Below, piece by piece: positions 41,712 through 51,296 of a DNA stretch of 64,000 nucleotides. The position numbers and the translations under genes were made by a program. The DNA is taken from the NCBI GenBank assembly GCA_963676395.1, contig OY781066.1:1472001-1536000 (forward strand). Direction: 5' to 3'. Every line of letters starts with the position of its first letter. The first letter of the stretch is position 1. The notes beneath the pieces were generated by a model. The model saw only the letters and a program-made list of their open reading frames with translations, was not told the DNA's origin and did not search any database. The stretch comes from a bacterium. GTDB lineage: Bacteria; Fidelibacterota; Fidelibacteria; Fidelibacterales; Fidelibacteraceae.

Positions 41712-43916
41712 TTATTTAATCGTAAAAGGTAAAATCAAACTAAAACTAAAGTTTCTACCTAAATTACCGTATCCCAAGCCTTTGAGAGTGGACAAATGAT
41801 CAATATAGTATTCATTCAAGATATTGTTTGCCTGAATGGAAACGGTGATAGGTTGACCTTTAATGATGATGTCGCCACCAACTTTGGCATTCACTACAAA
41901 GTAGGGATTGGTTTCTGTTTCAAATCGCGCGGGTTTATCTTGTCTTGCGGCATAAGTTCCACCGATATTGACATAGACCTTGTTAAAGAAAAGTATATCC
42001 GATCTTTGCAGGCCAATATCAAATTTTAGTTTATTTTGTGGAATAAAAGGCAGGTACATTCCATCGGTTTGCTGTCCTAAGGTGTATGTATAAGCAAATT
42101 CGGCAATGAGCCATTCCCAGGGAGTAATGGCTAAGTTAAACTCTGTGCCAAAGATAGAAGCATCGGTTTGTTCGTATTGATAAATATCAATACCCCCGGT
42201 AGTTGTATCTGCTGTCGGAGCCATGTAAATATAATTATTGATCAGGTGGTAATAAGCCGAAGCATCTACCATGAGCCAACCCGAATGGAAATGTGCATTG
42301 ATATCAGTTTCGTAACTGCGCTGAGATTTCAAATCAATATTTCCTATTTCGTAACGATTGCCATGCATTCCATTTTGAGTCATTTCTGCCAAATTGGGTG
42401 TGCGGTAAGCGGTAGCTATATTTCCACGTAATAAAAGCGATGATGAGAGCTGGTAAGTTGCACCCAGTGATGCGGAAACATTACCGTAGTTGGTGTCGAT
42501 CACGGTAGCTGTTTCGGCATAGACATCTCGATGATCGTAACGGAGACCTGTTTGTAAATGAAATTTTTCTTCATTCCCATAGCGCATTAATGCGAATGCT
42601 GAAATGTCACTGACATTGGCATCCGGTAAGACGTGATTGGGAGCCTCGTGATTACGGTTGGTTTTATAAGTACCTTGTATTCCTACAGTATATTCCGATG
42701 CCAATGAAGAAGGTAGATGGGTTTTTAGTTCGTAACTTAAAGTATTCAGGTCCATGTCTACCAACTCAAACGCGGGTGTGCTGTTGCTGGTTTGCAGTCT
42801 GCGATTATTCATCTGGTAGGCAGCATTGATATCTACTTTATAATTATTTAAAAATAATGTATTACGTGTTGAGATCACATGATTGCTCAAATCCTGATAC
42901 CAGAATTCGTTTATCCGATCATTTTCAGCGATCAAGCTTAGAACATCCGGAACAGACATACCAAGTTTATCCCGGTTATAATCGTAGTAGATCCTGAAGA
43001 GTCCGAAAGAATTATGCAATCCGGTGCTGGCTTTAAAACTTGCGGTGTTAAAACGAGTATTGGGTATATAATTATTCGTTCCGTCTATATAATCTTTATG
43101 AGATTTTATACCACCACGAAGAGTCCAATATATTGATTCACCACTGCCTTTTAATCCAAGATTACTGACAAGTCCCATGGTATTTGAATGTGTTTGCAGG
43201 TTATAATCACCCACTATCTTTCCGACAGGTGCGGGCTTTTCTTTAACCACATTGATAACACCACCAACTGCATCAGAACCGTATAACAAGGAAGCCGGAC
43301 CTTTGATTATTTCAATATGGTCAATACCAAATTCGTCTATTAAAAAGGGGTGATTCTCCGAAAATTGAAAATTTTCGAGTTTAACACCATTGTTCAGCAT
43401 AAGGATATTGGTCATGGACAAACCGCGAATAACTGGCTTACCAACACCGCTTCCCTTAGCTATCATATCAACGCCGGCTATAGAGCTGATTGCTTCGGTA
43501 AACGAGGGTGTACCGCTTTGAGCGATCTCATTGGGTTTAAGAGTCTCAATGTTAATTGCGTTTTCATGTTGACTGGAATACGAGCCACCCGAAACAATAA
43601 TTTCAGGTGATTTTAAAACAACAGGCTTGAGTTTAACATTAAGATTTGCTTTGTCTTCTGTTAACTGGAGAGAAAAGACTTGACTGGCAAAGCCGATATA
43701 TGAAAATTCAATTTTGATTTTTCCTTGTGGGATATCGCTGAGTTTAAAATGCCCGTCTTCATCTGTCATGCATCCTTTTCCCTGTTCGGGAAGAAAAACA
43801 TTAACATAGGGTATTGTCTTACCGGTTTTACTGCTTTGTACAACACCGGATATTGAATGTTGTGCAAATAAAATAGAAACACAAAGTAAGATGGCTAATA
43901 ATATTTTTTTCATCAA
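41712..43916 (-). CDS. TonB-dependent receptor, probably metal (Zn/Ni/Co/Cu) uptake
   Basis: KPVIRGL, IEIIKGPASLLYGSDAVGGVIN, YRTPNLAE...GMHG, YIDHLS...GRN. Preceded by a His-rich CxxC/RAPP ORF. Confidence 0.88.
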   Translation of the reverse strand: MMKKILLAILLCVSILFAQHSISGVVQSSKTGKTIPYVNVFLPEQGKGCMTDEDGHFKLSDIPQGKIKIEFSYIGFASQVFSLQLTEDKANLNVKLKPVVLKSPEIIVSGGSYSSQHENAINIETLKPNEIAQSGTPSFTEAISSIAGVDMIAKGSGVGKPVIRGLSMTNILMLNNGVKLENFQFSENHPFLIDEFGIDHIEIIKGPASLLYGSDAVGGVINVVKEKPAPVGKIVGDYNLQTHSNTMGLVSNLGLKGSGESIYWTLRGGIKSHKDYIDGTNNYIPNTRFNTASFKASTGLHNSFGLFRIYYDYNRDKLGMSVPDVLSLIAENDRINEFWYQDLSNHVISTRNTLFLNNYKVDINAAYQMNNRRLQTSNSTPAFELVDMDLNTLSYELKTHLPSSLASEYTVGIQGTYKTNRNHEAPNHVLPDANVSDISAFALMRYGNEEKFHLQTGLRYDHRDVYAETATVIDTNYGNVSASLGATYQLSSSLLLRGNIATAYRTPNLAEMTQNGMHGNRYEIGNIDLKSQRSYETDINAHFHSGWLMVDASAYYHLINNYIYMAPTADTTTGGIDIYQYEQTDASIFGTEFNLAITPWEWLIAEFAYTYTLGQQTDGMYLPFIPQNKLKFDIGLQRSDILFFNKVYVNIGGTYAARQDKPARFETETNPYFVVNAKVGGDIIIKGQPITVSIQANNILNEYYIDHLSTLKGLGYGNLGRNFSFSLILPFTIK

Positions 43917-43994
43917 TTATTCCTTTAATAAAATGATTTTTTTAGATTTTGACGAACTGATAAGTATGTCAAAAAAGTAGGAAGTAATATTTTA

Positions 43995-44345
43995 TCAGGA
44001 ACATTCGGGTGGAGCCCGAAGCTTGATGAACGATGGATTTAATGTTGAGAGTTTTAGAGATTTATATTGAAGGGGAATGTCTATAAGATCATTGCGATCT
44101 ATTGATAGGAAAAAGTAATCACATTGTAGACTATGTGGAAATTCATAAGCACAAACAGGACATTGTTTTTCATAGTGTTTCATGACCGGACTGTGTTCAT
44201 GATGAATGTCATGATGGTGGTGGGGAATGTATAAGGTATGAGTTGTTTGAAATAAAATAGGAAAAAAGAAGAGGCTAATAAGACAAATTGCCAAAAGTCT
44301 ATTGTGTATAATTGTTCTATTATTATTCAATTTCCAATTTTTCAT
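43995..44345 (-). CDS. DUF2946-like His-rich leader protein with CxxC and C-terminal RAPP
   Basis: TM segment, HHHHDIHHEH, CPVC, LRAPPECS*. Confidence 0.8.
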   Translation of the reverse strand: MKNWKLNNNRTIIHNRLLAICLISLFFFPILFQTTHTLYIPHHHHDIHHEHSPVMKHYEKQCPVCAYEFPHSLQCDYFFLSIDRNDLIDIPLQYKSLKLSTLNPSFIKLRAPPECS

Positions 44346-44467
44346 AGTGATATCTTATTGATAAATATTATTTTGAGCAAGAAATTAATGATTAGGAATA
44401 GAGAGAGAAAAAATAGAGAGTTTCTTTTTTTAGATTAAAATGCCTTTTACCAAATCACCGAAACCGG

Positions 44468-46009
44468 CTAGTGGCTCACCGTTATTATTTTCATTGCACA
44501 GCGGATACCATCAGCAGCCGAAGAAATAATTCCCCCGGCATAACCACTCGCTTCACCAATAATATATAGGTTGTCATATCCTTGACATAAGCCAAATTTA
44601 TCTCGATCGGCTTGGAGTGGTGATGAGGTTTTGCTTTCCAGTCCCATGAGGATTCCTTGATCAAACCCCTTCATCATGCCATTAAAATTCTTTAAACCTT
44701 GGGTCAGAGCCGTGCTGACAGCTTTGGGGATCATATTGTATAAAGCGCCGGAATAAAGCCCTAAAGCATATGAACCGTTAAAATTATTTCGACTTTTTCG
44801 TTTCTTGATATAGTCCGATGCTTTTGTGGCAGGAATGCTGTAATCGTCGGAATAATGATAGAATTTTTCTTCCAGTTTATCCATCCAATCCAGGATTTCA
44901 TTGGGAGTACAGCTATGTCCCAGTAATACATCAGGATGTATACCGGTAACGCACGCTGCGTTGGAGAATTGGCCATTACGCTGATAATAGCTCATGCCGT
45001 TGACGATGTTTTTTTCGCGAAAAGTGGCTGATTGAACCACTTGGCCACCGGGACACATACAAAAAGTATATACCGGGAGCCCGCTTGATGTCTTAGTGGT
45101 CAATCTATATTCTGCCGCCTTAACACCTGGAAGTTCTTCGTGACCACCCCATTGGATACGATTGATCAGGGTGCGAGGGTGCTCAATTCGGTGCCCGATA
45201 GCAAATTGTTTGGTGTGAAAAGATACACCGCGTTTTATCAGCATTCTGTATGTATCGTAGGCTGAATGTCCGGGCGCCAAAAGCACATGATCGGCGCTAA
45301 TGTCTCCTTGGGAGCTTTCAATGCCCTGTGCATGGCCATTCTTGATATGAATATCGCTCATGTGGGTATCAAACAAGATGTTTCCACCATTGGCAAGAAA
45401 ACTTTCACGCAGGTTTTTTACAATGCGTTTTAGATTATCGGTTCCCAAATGCGGATGAGCCATGTACATGATCTCTTCGGGTGCTCCGGCTTTTACATAT
45501 TCTTGCAAGATAAATTGCCGTTCTTTAGAAATATGTTTTGAGCGTGATGTAAGTTTCCCGTCAGAAAAAGTTCCGGCACCACCTTCGCCAAAGGCATAAT
45601 TATTGTTTTCGGAAAAGTTTTTGTTTTTTTCAAGATCTTTTATAGCCTTGTCACGTTTTGCAACGTCAGATCCGCGTTCAACAATACTTACATCAAAGCC
45701 GGCTTTTTGTAGGACATGAGCAGAAAAAAATCCGGCCGGACCACTGCCGATAACGATAACGGTTTCATTTCTTTTTTTATAGGGAATTTCTAATGAAGGT
45801 GGCAGGGTATAGTTTTCACCCTCAAGGGCGGGAGAGGAAATAACAAGGTTGGTTTGCCAGTGAATATGGCTTTTTTTGCGAGCATCCAGACTTTTTTTTT
45901 CAATTACATAAGTGAAATCACTTAGTGCAAAACGATCTTTGATGATCTGTTTAATATGATCATCCTTGAAATTGGTGGGTAGTTTTACCTGGATCTTTTT
46001 ATAGCCCAT
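44468..46009 (-). CDS. FAD-dependent oxidoreductase (uncharacterised dehydrogenase family)
   Basis: KKSLDARK, IGSGPAG, FGEGGAGTFSDGKL, PHLGTD, GHSA, YTFCMCPGG, GEASGYAGGIISSAADG. Confidence 0.9.
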   Translation of the reverse strand: MGYKKIQVKLPTNFKDDHIKQIIKDRFALSDFTYVIEKKSLDARKKSHIHWQTNLVISSPALEGENYTLPPSLEIPYKKRNETVIVIGSGPAGFFSAHVLQKAGFDVSIVERGSDVAKRDKAIKDLEKNKNFSENNNYAFGEGGAGTFSDGKLTSRSKHISKERQFILQEYVKAGAPEEIMYMAHPHLGTDNLKRIVKNLRESFLANGGNILFDTHMSDIHIKNGHAQGIESSQGDISADHVLLAPGHSAYDTYRMLIKRGVSFHTKQFAIGHRIEHPRTLINRIQWGGHEELPGVKAAEYRLTTKTSSGLPVYTFCMCPGGQVVQSATFREKNIVNGMSYYQRNGQFSNAACVTGIHPDVLLGHSCTPNEILDWMDKLEEKFYHYSDDYSIPATKASDYIKKRKSRNNFNGSYALGLYSGALYNMIPKAVSTALTQGLKNFNGMMKGFDQGILMGLESKTSSPLQADRDKFGLCQGYDNLYIIGEASGYAGGIISSAADGIRCAMKIITVSH

Positions 46010-46146
46010 TAGGGATCCTGTTTCATTTGTTACTGTTGAAAGATAATGGTAGTGTATTGATAAAAAAAGGACAAAGCACGACAACGAGATGAAAAGTCAA
46101 GGAGGAAGATACATGATAATTTGTAAAAAAATCTCAGGTAAATTAC

Positions 46147-47136
46147 TTAATGTTCATTTAAATATTTTGCTATTCTATCCTTTACGTTTTGGCGCAAATT
46201 TTCATAAAAGAAAGCATAATCATATCGATGATAAACACCTTTTCCAAAGACAGTATTGCCCGGAGCGAGTTGATTTGGGTCAGGAGTGGATGTTATAACT
46301 ACACCTCGCGATAGATCAAGAGAAGCGTCTGCAAAATGAGAAACATGTGATATGACACCTAGAGAATCCCAAAGGATAGAACCAAGATTTTCTGAGGCAG
46401 GGGCCAGAGTATCGTCGCGACGCCAATTGATGGGGTTGATTGCATTTGCACCTTCTAAAACAATCGGATTTCCGGGTTCACCAATTTGAGGTGCTTCGGT
46501 ATTATAGGAAATAATAACTCCTATGTCGTTGGAAGAATCTGCAAAACTCAAATGTGGATTATCTGAAAGGTAAGTGTCTGTAACAGAATAACCTATCACA
46601 TACGCTGCTATCATACGTTTGTAAACAGCCGGGTGATCTGCCATGTAGTCGGAAAGTAAGAATAACAGAAGCGCAGAACCCTGAGAATGTCCGGCAAGTA
46701 TAAAGGGACGATTATTATTTAAATATTTAATGTAATACCGAAAAGCGTTTTTGATACTTGAATAGGGGATGTCTCCCACAAGACTATCTTTTTGAGCGCT
46801 AGATAAAAAAAGCGTACCGGCGGCATCGGCCTGGCGATAAAATGGTGCATAAATATTGGCTAAAGAATCAAAGATAGTAGCCTGGCGAGAAAAAGGAACC
46901 GATGCACCTTGTATCATCATGGAATTATTAAGTTCACAAATCAGGGGATCCGTATCATTCACTTTGGTATAAACCGTGGGGTAGACATAAAAAACATCCA
47001 CATTTTTATCGGGACTTTGTGGCAAAGAAAGCCAATGTGAGTTTTCGGCATAAATAGATTTACTTGAAAATATATTGCAAGAAATCAGAATAAGAGTGCA
47101 AATAAATAAAAATAATATGTGTTTAAATTTTGTCAT
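46147..47136 (-). CDS. DUF3089 family alpha/beta hydrolase lipoprotein
   Basis: Lipobox LISC, DVFYVYPT, YAPFYRQ, PFILAGHSQG, NPINW, YHRYDYAFFYENLR. Confidence 0.88.
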   Translation of the reverse strand: MTKFKHILFLFICTLILISCNIFSSKSIYAENSHWLSLPQSPDKNVDVFYVYPTVYTKVNDTDPLICELNNSMMIQGASVPFSRQATIFDSLANIYAPFYRQADAAGTLFLSSAQKDSLVGDIPYSSIKNAFRYYIKYLNNNRPFILAGHSQGSALLLFLLSDYMADHPAVYKRMIAAYVIGYSVTDTYLSDNPHLSFADSSNDIGVIISYNTEAPQIGEPGNPIVLEGANAINPINWRRDDTLAPASENLGSILWDSLGVISHVSHFADASLDLSRGVVITSTPDPNQLAPGNTVFGKGVYHRYDYAFFYENLRQNVKDRIAKYLNEH

Positions 47137-47150
47137 TATTCTTTATTTTT

Positions 47151-47262
47151 CACTGTTCACTGTTCACTGTTCACTGTTCACTGTTCACTGTTCACTGTTC
47201 ACTGTTCACTGTTCACTGTTCACTGTTCACTGTTCACTGTTCACTGTTCACTGTTCACTGTT
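47151..47262. repeat. Perfect heptamer tandem array (CACTGTT)x16
   Basis: Sixteen exact copies counted. The array supplies the last codons and stop of the 47248..47532 gene. Confidence 0.97.
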
Positions 47263-47532
47263 ATATTTCTTCTCTGCCGCATTCCATGATAAGAGTCCTA
47301 CAAAATATCCGGCGATCAAAAAGATACCTAATGAAATTAGCAGGTGAAGATACCAGGGAATAGAAGCATTTTCGCTGAGATTAAGAAAGAAAAATGCTAA
47401 AGCCATAATGAGGCCCCAAAACAACATACCATAAATCAGGATGAATTTAGTTTTGCCCATTTTACGGGTTTCGGCCCAGTTAGATTTGTTTTTTTGGAGC
47501 TTTTTTGACTTATTATCTTTTAAGCTGCTCAT
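47248..47532 (-). CDS. Small two-TM membrane protein (W..TR..GK family), paralog A
   Basis: WAETRKMGKTKFILIYGMLFWG...GYFVGLLSWNAAEKKY. Confidence 0.75.
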   Translation of the reverse strand: MSSLKDNKSKKLQKNKSNWAETRKMGKTKFILIYGMLFWGLIMALAFFFLNLSENASIPWYLHLLISLGIFLIAGYFVGLLSWNAAEKKYNSEQ

Positions 47533-47535
47533 GAA

Positions 47536-47643
47536 TTATCCTTTAATTGCGAATTGTTTGTTATTGTGATAGCTCTCTGAAGCAAGTTCGATCACGGCAA
47601 TAACAATGAAAAATGCAATGAGTGTGATGTTAGCGACTTCCAT
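47536..47643 (-). CDS. Possible 35-aa single-TM peptide (below the ORF track cutoff)
   Basis: MEVANITLIAFFIVIAVIELASESYHNNKQFAIKG*, filling the gap between two same-strand genes. No strong SD. Confidence 0.35.
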   Translation of the reverse strand: MEVANITLIAFFIVIAVIELASESYHNNKQFAIKG

Positions 47644-47651
47644 ATAACATT

Positions 47652-48008
47652 TTATTCTTCGATGCTAATATTGAACTCGTAATAATCCTCTGATTTAAAG
47701 GTACCATACCAACGCAAATGTCCGGCTCCGACTTTGATATAATCTTCACCTGTATAGGCACTGTCGGGTAGATAGTAGATGTAGATTTTGGCATTATCAG
47801 TTCTGAAAATACTGATACTGTCGGCATGCTCGGGTGCAATGACAATAGAGAAATTTTCAACGATACCATATAAATTAGTCGCAATGCTGTCAGCTTTATT
47901 TTGTTGAAGCGTCACGTTATAAGTGGTGGTTGATGGTTCTGACGTGTTGCAGGCGGCAAATGCCAACAGGGTGAGAATGACAAGGAGGAAGAGGAGAGTT
48001 TTCCGCAT
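47652..48008 (-). CDS. Hypothetical lipoprotein
   Basis: Lipobox FAAC, AAGGA SD. Confidence 0.7.
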   Translation of the reverse strand: MRKTLLFLLVILTLLAFAACNTSEPSTTTYNVTLQQNKADSIATNLYGIVENFSIVIAPEHADSISIFRTDNAKIYIYYLPDSAYTGEDYIKVGAGHLRWYGTFKSEDYYEFNISIEE

Positions 48009-48132
48009 GGGTTTCCTTTTTAATTTTTATGATTGTACATCTGTTTTGTTATCGGGGATATATAATCACCATTTATTATGCGTATTTCTAAAAACGTTGT
48101 TTCCGTTATGACGAAAGCGGACAGGCATAGAA

Positions 48133-49152
48133 TTACCATCGGTTATATACTTTCTCGGCAAAACCGAAAAATTTATCTAATTTTAGAACTGTTCCATCAT
48201 CAAGTACGGCTTTTCCGGAGAAATAACCAAAAACTTGATGTTGGTCTGATTTAATAAGGAGCAGGTTGGCATTGGAATGACGGTCGAGCACGGGCATGAA
48301 ATCCATTTCAAAGCGTCCGTCAGAGGAGCTGAATGTCCAAGGGTCCATAAAGCTATTATCGGGGATGTTAAAGGAAACATCTTTTAACTTATGGATATCA
48401 CCTTTGTAAAAGAGCATGTTTTCGGTTGCAGCTGAAGTATCACCAAAACCGTAGCCGATATTAAAGCCAAAAAGTTCGCCGTCCAATTCTCCCGAAGCAC
48501 TACCCCAGTACCAGGTGTTATCGTAAGTCCACACACCTCGACCCCAATCCAAAACACCAAAGGATGGAATATCTTCCATATTCAGTGCTCTTGAGCCGAA
48601 AAATATCTCACCTTTTGCTCGCATATTATTGGTCTTTTGGTTGTAATAAAAGCGTCCTGCTTTTTTAAAGGGTGTGGCAATAACCATAGATTTATGATCG
48701 GGATCTTTTTTTAATTTGATATCTGCACTCAGTGCTAAACCCCGGTGAAAATTATCGATCTTGACTGAGATATCTCTTTCGTTTTTCCCGTTCTTAAATA
48801 TTAAAGAAAACCCTTTTTTAAGGAATTTTACATCGCCGGTCTCTGTCGTGGCAGGCATCTTAAATTTTCCCAAAGGGAAGGGCGTCATGATGGTTTTTGT
48901 GATTTCATTGGCTGCTTCAAAATCAAATAGCGTGACCGAAATAAAGCCCATATAGCCATTGTCAGCAATGGTAAAAGCAATGCCGTAGCAATCGTTTAGA
49001 ACTGCATAATAATCCCATTCTTTAATGCGACTCTTGGGTGCTTTGATCATTTTTCGATCATAGTCCGAAATGAGTGAAGATGCCCATCCGGGTTCGCGAA
49101 GGAGTCCATTAGGGTTTAGTAAGGGACCTTTTTGAGTGATGTGATGTTGCAT
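48133..49152 (-). CDS. DUF2804 family protein
   Basis: RIKEWDYY, FYYNQK, LDWGRGVW...TWYW, FNIGYGFGD, ENML, QHQVFG, GFAEKVYNRW. Confidence 0.85.
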   Translation of the reverse strand: MQHHITQKGPLLNPNGLLREPGWASSLISDYDRKMIKAPKSRIKEWDYYAVLNDCYGIAFTIADNGYMGFISVTLFDFEAANEITKTIMTPFPLGKFKMPATTETGDVKFLKKGFSLIFKNGKNERDISVKIDNFHRGLALSADIKLKKDPDHKSMVIATPFKKAGRFYYNQKTNNMRAKGEIFFGSRALNMEDIPSFGVLDWGRGVWTYDNTWYWGSASGELDGELFGFNIGYGFGDTSAATENMLFYKGDIHKLKDVSFNIPDNSFMDPWTFSSSDGRFEMDFMPVLDRHSNANLLLIKSDQHQVFGYFSGKAVLDDGTVLKLDKFFGFAEKVYNRW

Positions 49153-49162
49153 GGTTTTTCCT

Positions 49163-49963
49163 TTATTCTTGCGATAAAGATTTTCTTTTTATTAGTGTAT
49201 AAATCGTAAGGATTACAAGAAGTCCTATTGCTATCGACACGGTTAAAATAATATCTTTGTGTATTATGTCGGCATGTGTCCGTTTTAGCCAAATACCAAT
49301 AAGCGCCCAGATGATGACCAAGGCAAAGCAGATATTATTTCTTTTGAATAGCATAATAACCGTAAGGCAAGCTGCGATCAGGATGAGTGTGATCGTCCAG
49401 ATGTTTTCGGGAACACCCCAAGCGCCCCAGTTTTTTGCAACGAAAAGTGCGGTGGAATTTGCAATGGTTGCAACGGTGATCCAACCAAGATAAATATTTA
49501 TAGGAGCCGAAATAGTTAAGGTTTGGAGAAATCCCTTAGTTTTAAGCTTAGATGTTTTTAGGAAGAGATAGATTAATGTGACAAGCAGAGCCAGCATGAT
49601 AAATTCTGACAGTAGAATTAATTTATAATGCCAAGAAATAATCCAGCTCGCATTTAATATACATGTTATGGCAAAAGCTAATTGTGTTTTAACATCCAAG
49701 CATTCAAGTTTTTCTTTTATTGCAGAAACAAGAGCATTTACTATATAGATAAACAAGAGTAAATAGATCACACCCCAAATAGAAAAAGTCAATCCTGCCG
49801 GAACAAAGAGATTTGGATATAAAGCTGAAAGCTCCCCGGTATTTAAGCCATTGATGGGTAAAATATTGGCAAGGGCATTAACGGTGATCATGGCAAAAAA
49901 TAGAACAGTATTTATAATGGTCAGCATGATAAACTGTTTTGGTGACACTGATTTTTTAGACAT
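49163..49963 (-). CDS. Tryptophan-rich sensory/TspO-like integral membrane protein
   Basis: NALANILPING..TGELS..YPNLFVPAGLTFSIWGVIY, IYLGWITVATIAN, VIIWAL. Confidence 0.75.
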   Translation of the reverse strand: MSKKSVSPKQFIMLTIINTVLFFAMITVNALANILPINGLNTGELSALYPNLFVPAGLTFSIWGVIYLLLFIYIVNALVSAIKEKLECLDVKTQLAFAITCILNASWIISWHYKLILLSEFIMLALLVTLIYLFLKTSKLKTKGFLQTLTISAPINIYLGWITVATIANSTALFVAKNWGAWGVPENIWTITLILIAACLTVIMLFKRNNICFALVIIWALIGIWLKRTHADIIHKDIILTVSIAIGLLVILTIYTLIKRKSLSQE

Positions 49964-50112
49964 AAAACACTCCTTTGCAAAACTTTATCAGAGTAATTTA
50001 ATGATAATGAATTTATAGAATAAATGTGTATAAGGCAAGAAGAGTAAGGTAGAGAGTAAGTGAGCAACAAAATATCTCGTTTACTTGCTCCGTATCACTT
50101 ACTTTTAATTTC

Positions 50113-50528
50113 TTAAAAAGCATATCCAAGCCCGGCATAAAATATTTTTGGGAAACTGACTCCAAATCTAAAAACGGGTGAATGCGATTGTTTTTGAAGT
50201 CTTAAACCAAGATTAGCAATTGGTATCTCGCTCCAATATCCCAGTTTAAGAGTTTAGCTTAAGATAGAATTTGTACAGACATGTCAGCATTCATTTCTTC
50301 CACATTAAAAGGGGAAATGCAATACCCGTAACTGTCTTTTTTTCATATTTCATTGATAAGATCATGATCAAATTCATTTATCATTCGTTCATATGAAATA
50401 TGGGCACCTATGATAAAAAGACCATAATCTACTGTATTATAAACAGTATTTTTGCATTCTTTTTCAATTTCTACAGCAAAACTTCATACTGAGATAAAAA
50501 TAAATATTGGAACAAGAATAATTCTCAC
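50113..50528 (-). pseudogene. Decayed small outer-membrane beta-barrel-like gene
   Basis: Manual translation: signal-like VRIILVPIFIFISV*, KNTVYNTVDYGLFIIGAHISYERMI, further in-frame stops and a frameshift, ending ...VFRFGVSFPKIFYAGLGYAF*. Confidence 0.6.
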
Positions 50529-50541
50529 CAGGAAAAATTTT

Positions 50542-50820
50542 CTATTTTTTCCCAATATATCTTTTTTCGTTCTGGTTCCAATTTATAAGACCAACAAGGA
50601 AACCTGTTAATGTAAAAATAACAAATGAAGCGATAATATCAAACACCCAGTGTTCCCATGAGTTATCAATTTGCTTATAAAGAAAAAATACAAGCGCCAT
50701 GGTGAGACCATAACCGAGCACCCAATTCCTGAAAATATATTTCATCTTTCCCGTTTCACGGGTAACCGCCCACTGTCTTTTTGCTTCTTCTTCACGTTGT
50801 TTGCGTTTTTCGGAGTTCAT
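50542..50820 (-). CDS. Small two-TM membrane protein (W..TR..GK family), paralog B
   Basis: WAVTRETGKMKYIFRNWVLGYG...GFLVGLINWNQNEKRY. Confidence 0.75.
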   Translation of the reverse strand: MNSEKRKQREEEAKRQWAVTRETGKMKYIFRNWVLGYGLTMALVFFLYKQIDNSWEHWVFDIIASFVIFTLTGFLVGLINWNQNEKRYIGKK

Positions 50821-51071
50821 TTAAAAATCCTTTTAAAATGTTTTTCGTTGATATGCCAATTTATATATCCAATCAGTAATCCACAACTTAGGCAAATTGT
50901 AATTAGGAATGGTATGGCTAGTAGGCAATTTTCTATGGAATTTTTTAAAACGAAAAAAACAAAAAATCCCACAGCACTAGGCAAAGCAAATGAAAGAATT
51001 CCATGTCTGAAAATATAATTCCATTTTCCCTTCTTACGAATTTGTGACCTTATAGTTCTATTGTTATAATA
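50817..51071 (-). pseudogene. Third paralog (C) of the small two-TM family, no canonical start codon
   Basis: Open frame RSQIRKKGKWNYIFRHGILSFALP...GLLIGYINWHINEKHFKRIFK*. The TGA overlaps the ATG of paralog B. No ATG/GTG/TTG before the conserved N-terminal motif. Confidence 0.7.
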
Positions 51072-51134
51072 TTAAGAAATAATAATGAGAGATACAATAA
51101 AATGTTTCGACTGTGTGTCCGCCAAAAAACAAAA

Positions 51135-51159
51135 GGGTGATTCGAGAATCGCCTGTACA
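51135..51159. repeat. REP-like palindrome
   Basis: GGGTGATTC-GA-GAATCGCCT-GTAC; near-copy at 52217..52246. Confidence 0.6.
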
Positions 51160-51238
51160 TGTGTACGAAATAATGTGTTCATTCGAATCCTTGATTCCCT
51201 GCCTCAAAATATCTATTTTGCACAAGCTGTAAATTTCT

Positions 51239-51267
51239 TGCAATAAAAACACTTTCCTTTCGTTGTA
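51239..51267 (+). promoter_or_regulatory. Candidate ECF autoregulatory promoter
   Basis: TGCAAT-N16-CGTT about 30 nt upstream of the ECF sigma start. Resembles the TGAAAC-N16-CGTA type of ECF promoter. Confidence 0.45.
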
Positions 51268-51296
51268 TTAAGTGAGAACAGGAAAACGGAGACAAA

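Noticed and set aside
41712..43916. TonB receptor as a thiamine importer because it adjoins the thi operon
   Set aside because: It is separated by a terminator-like hairpin and preceded by a metal-type His/CxxC/RAPP leader, so metal uptake is more likely.
39866..47262. Heptamer arrays as CRISPR
   Set aside because: Contiguous 7-mers with no spacers, and no cas genes in the window.
47075..47363. Plus-strand ORFs with (SLFTVHC)n repeats
   Set aside because: Translation artefacts of the CACTGTT array, antisense to real genes.
50113..50528. In-frame TGA codons as recoding (Trp or Sec)
   Set aside because: The same relic also has a TAA and a frameshift, and intact genes in the window (e.g. fetB, tenA, thiL) end in TGA.
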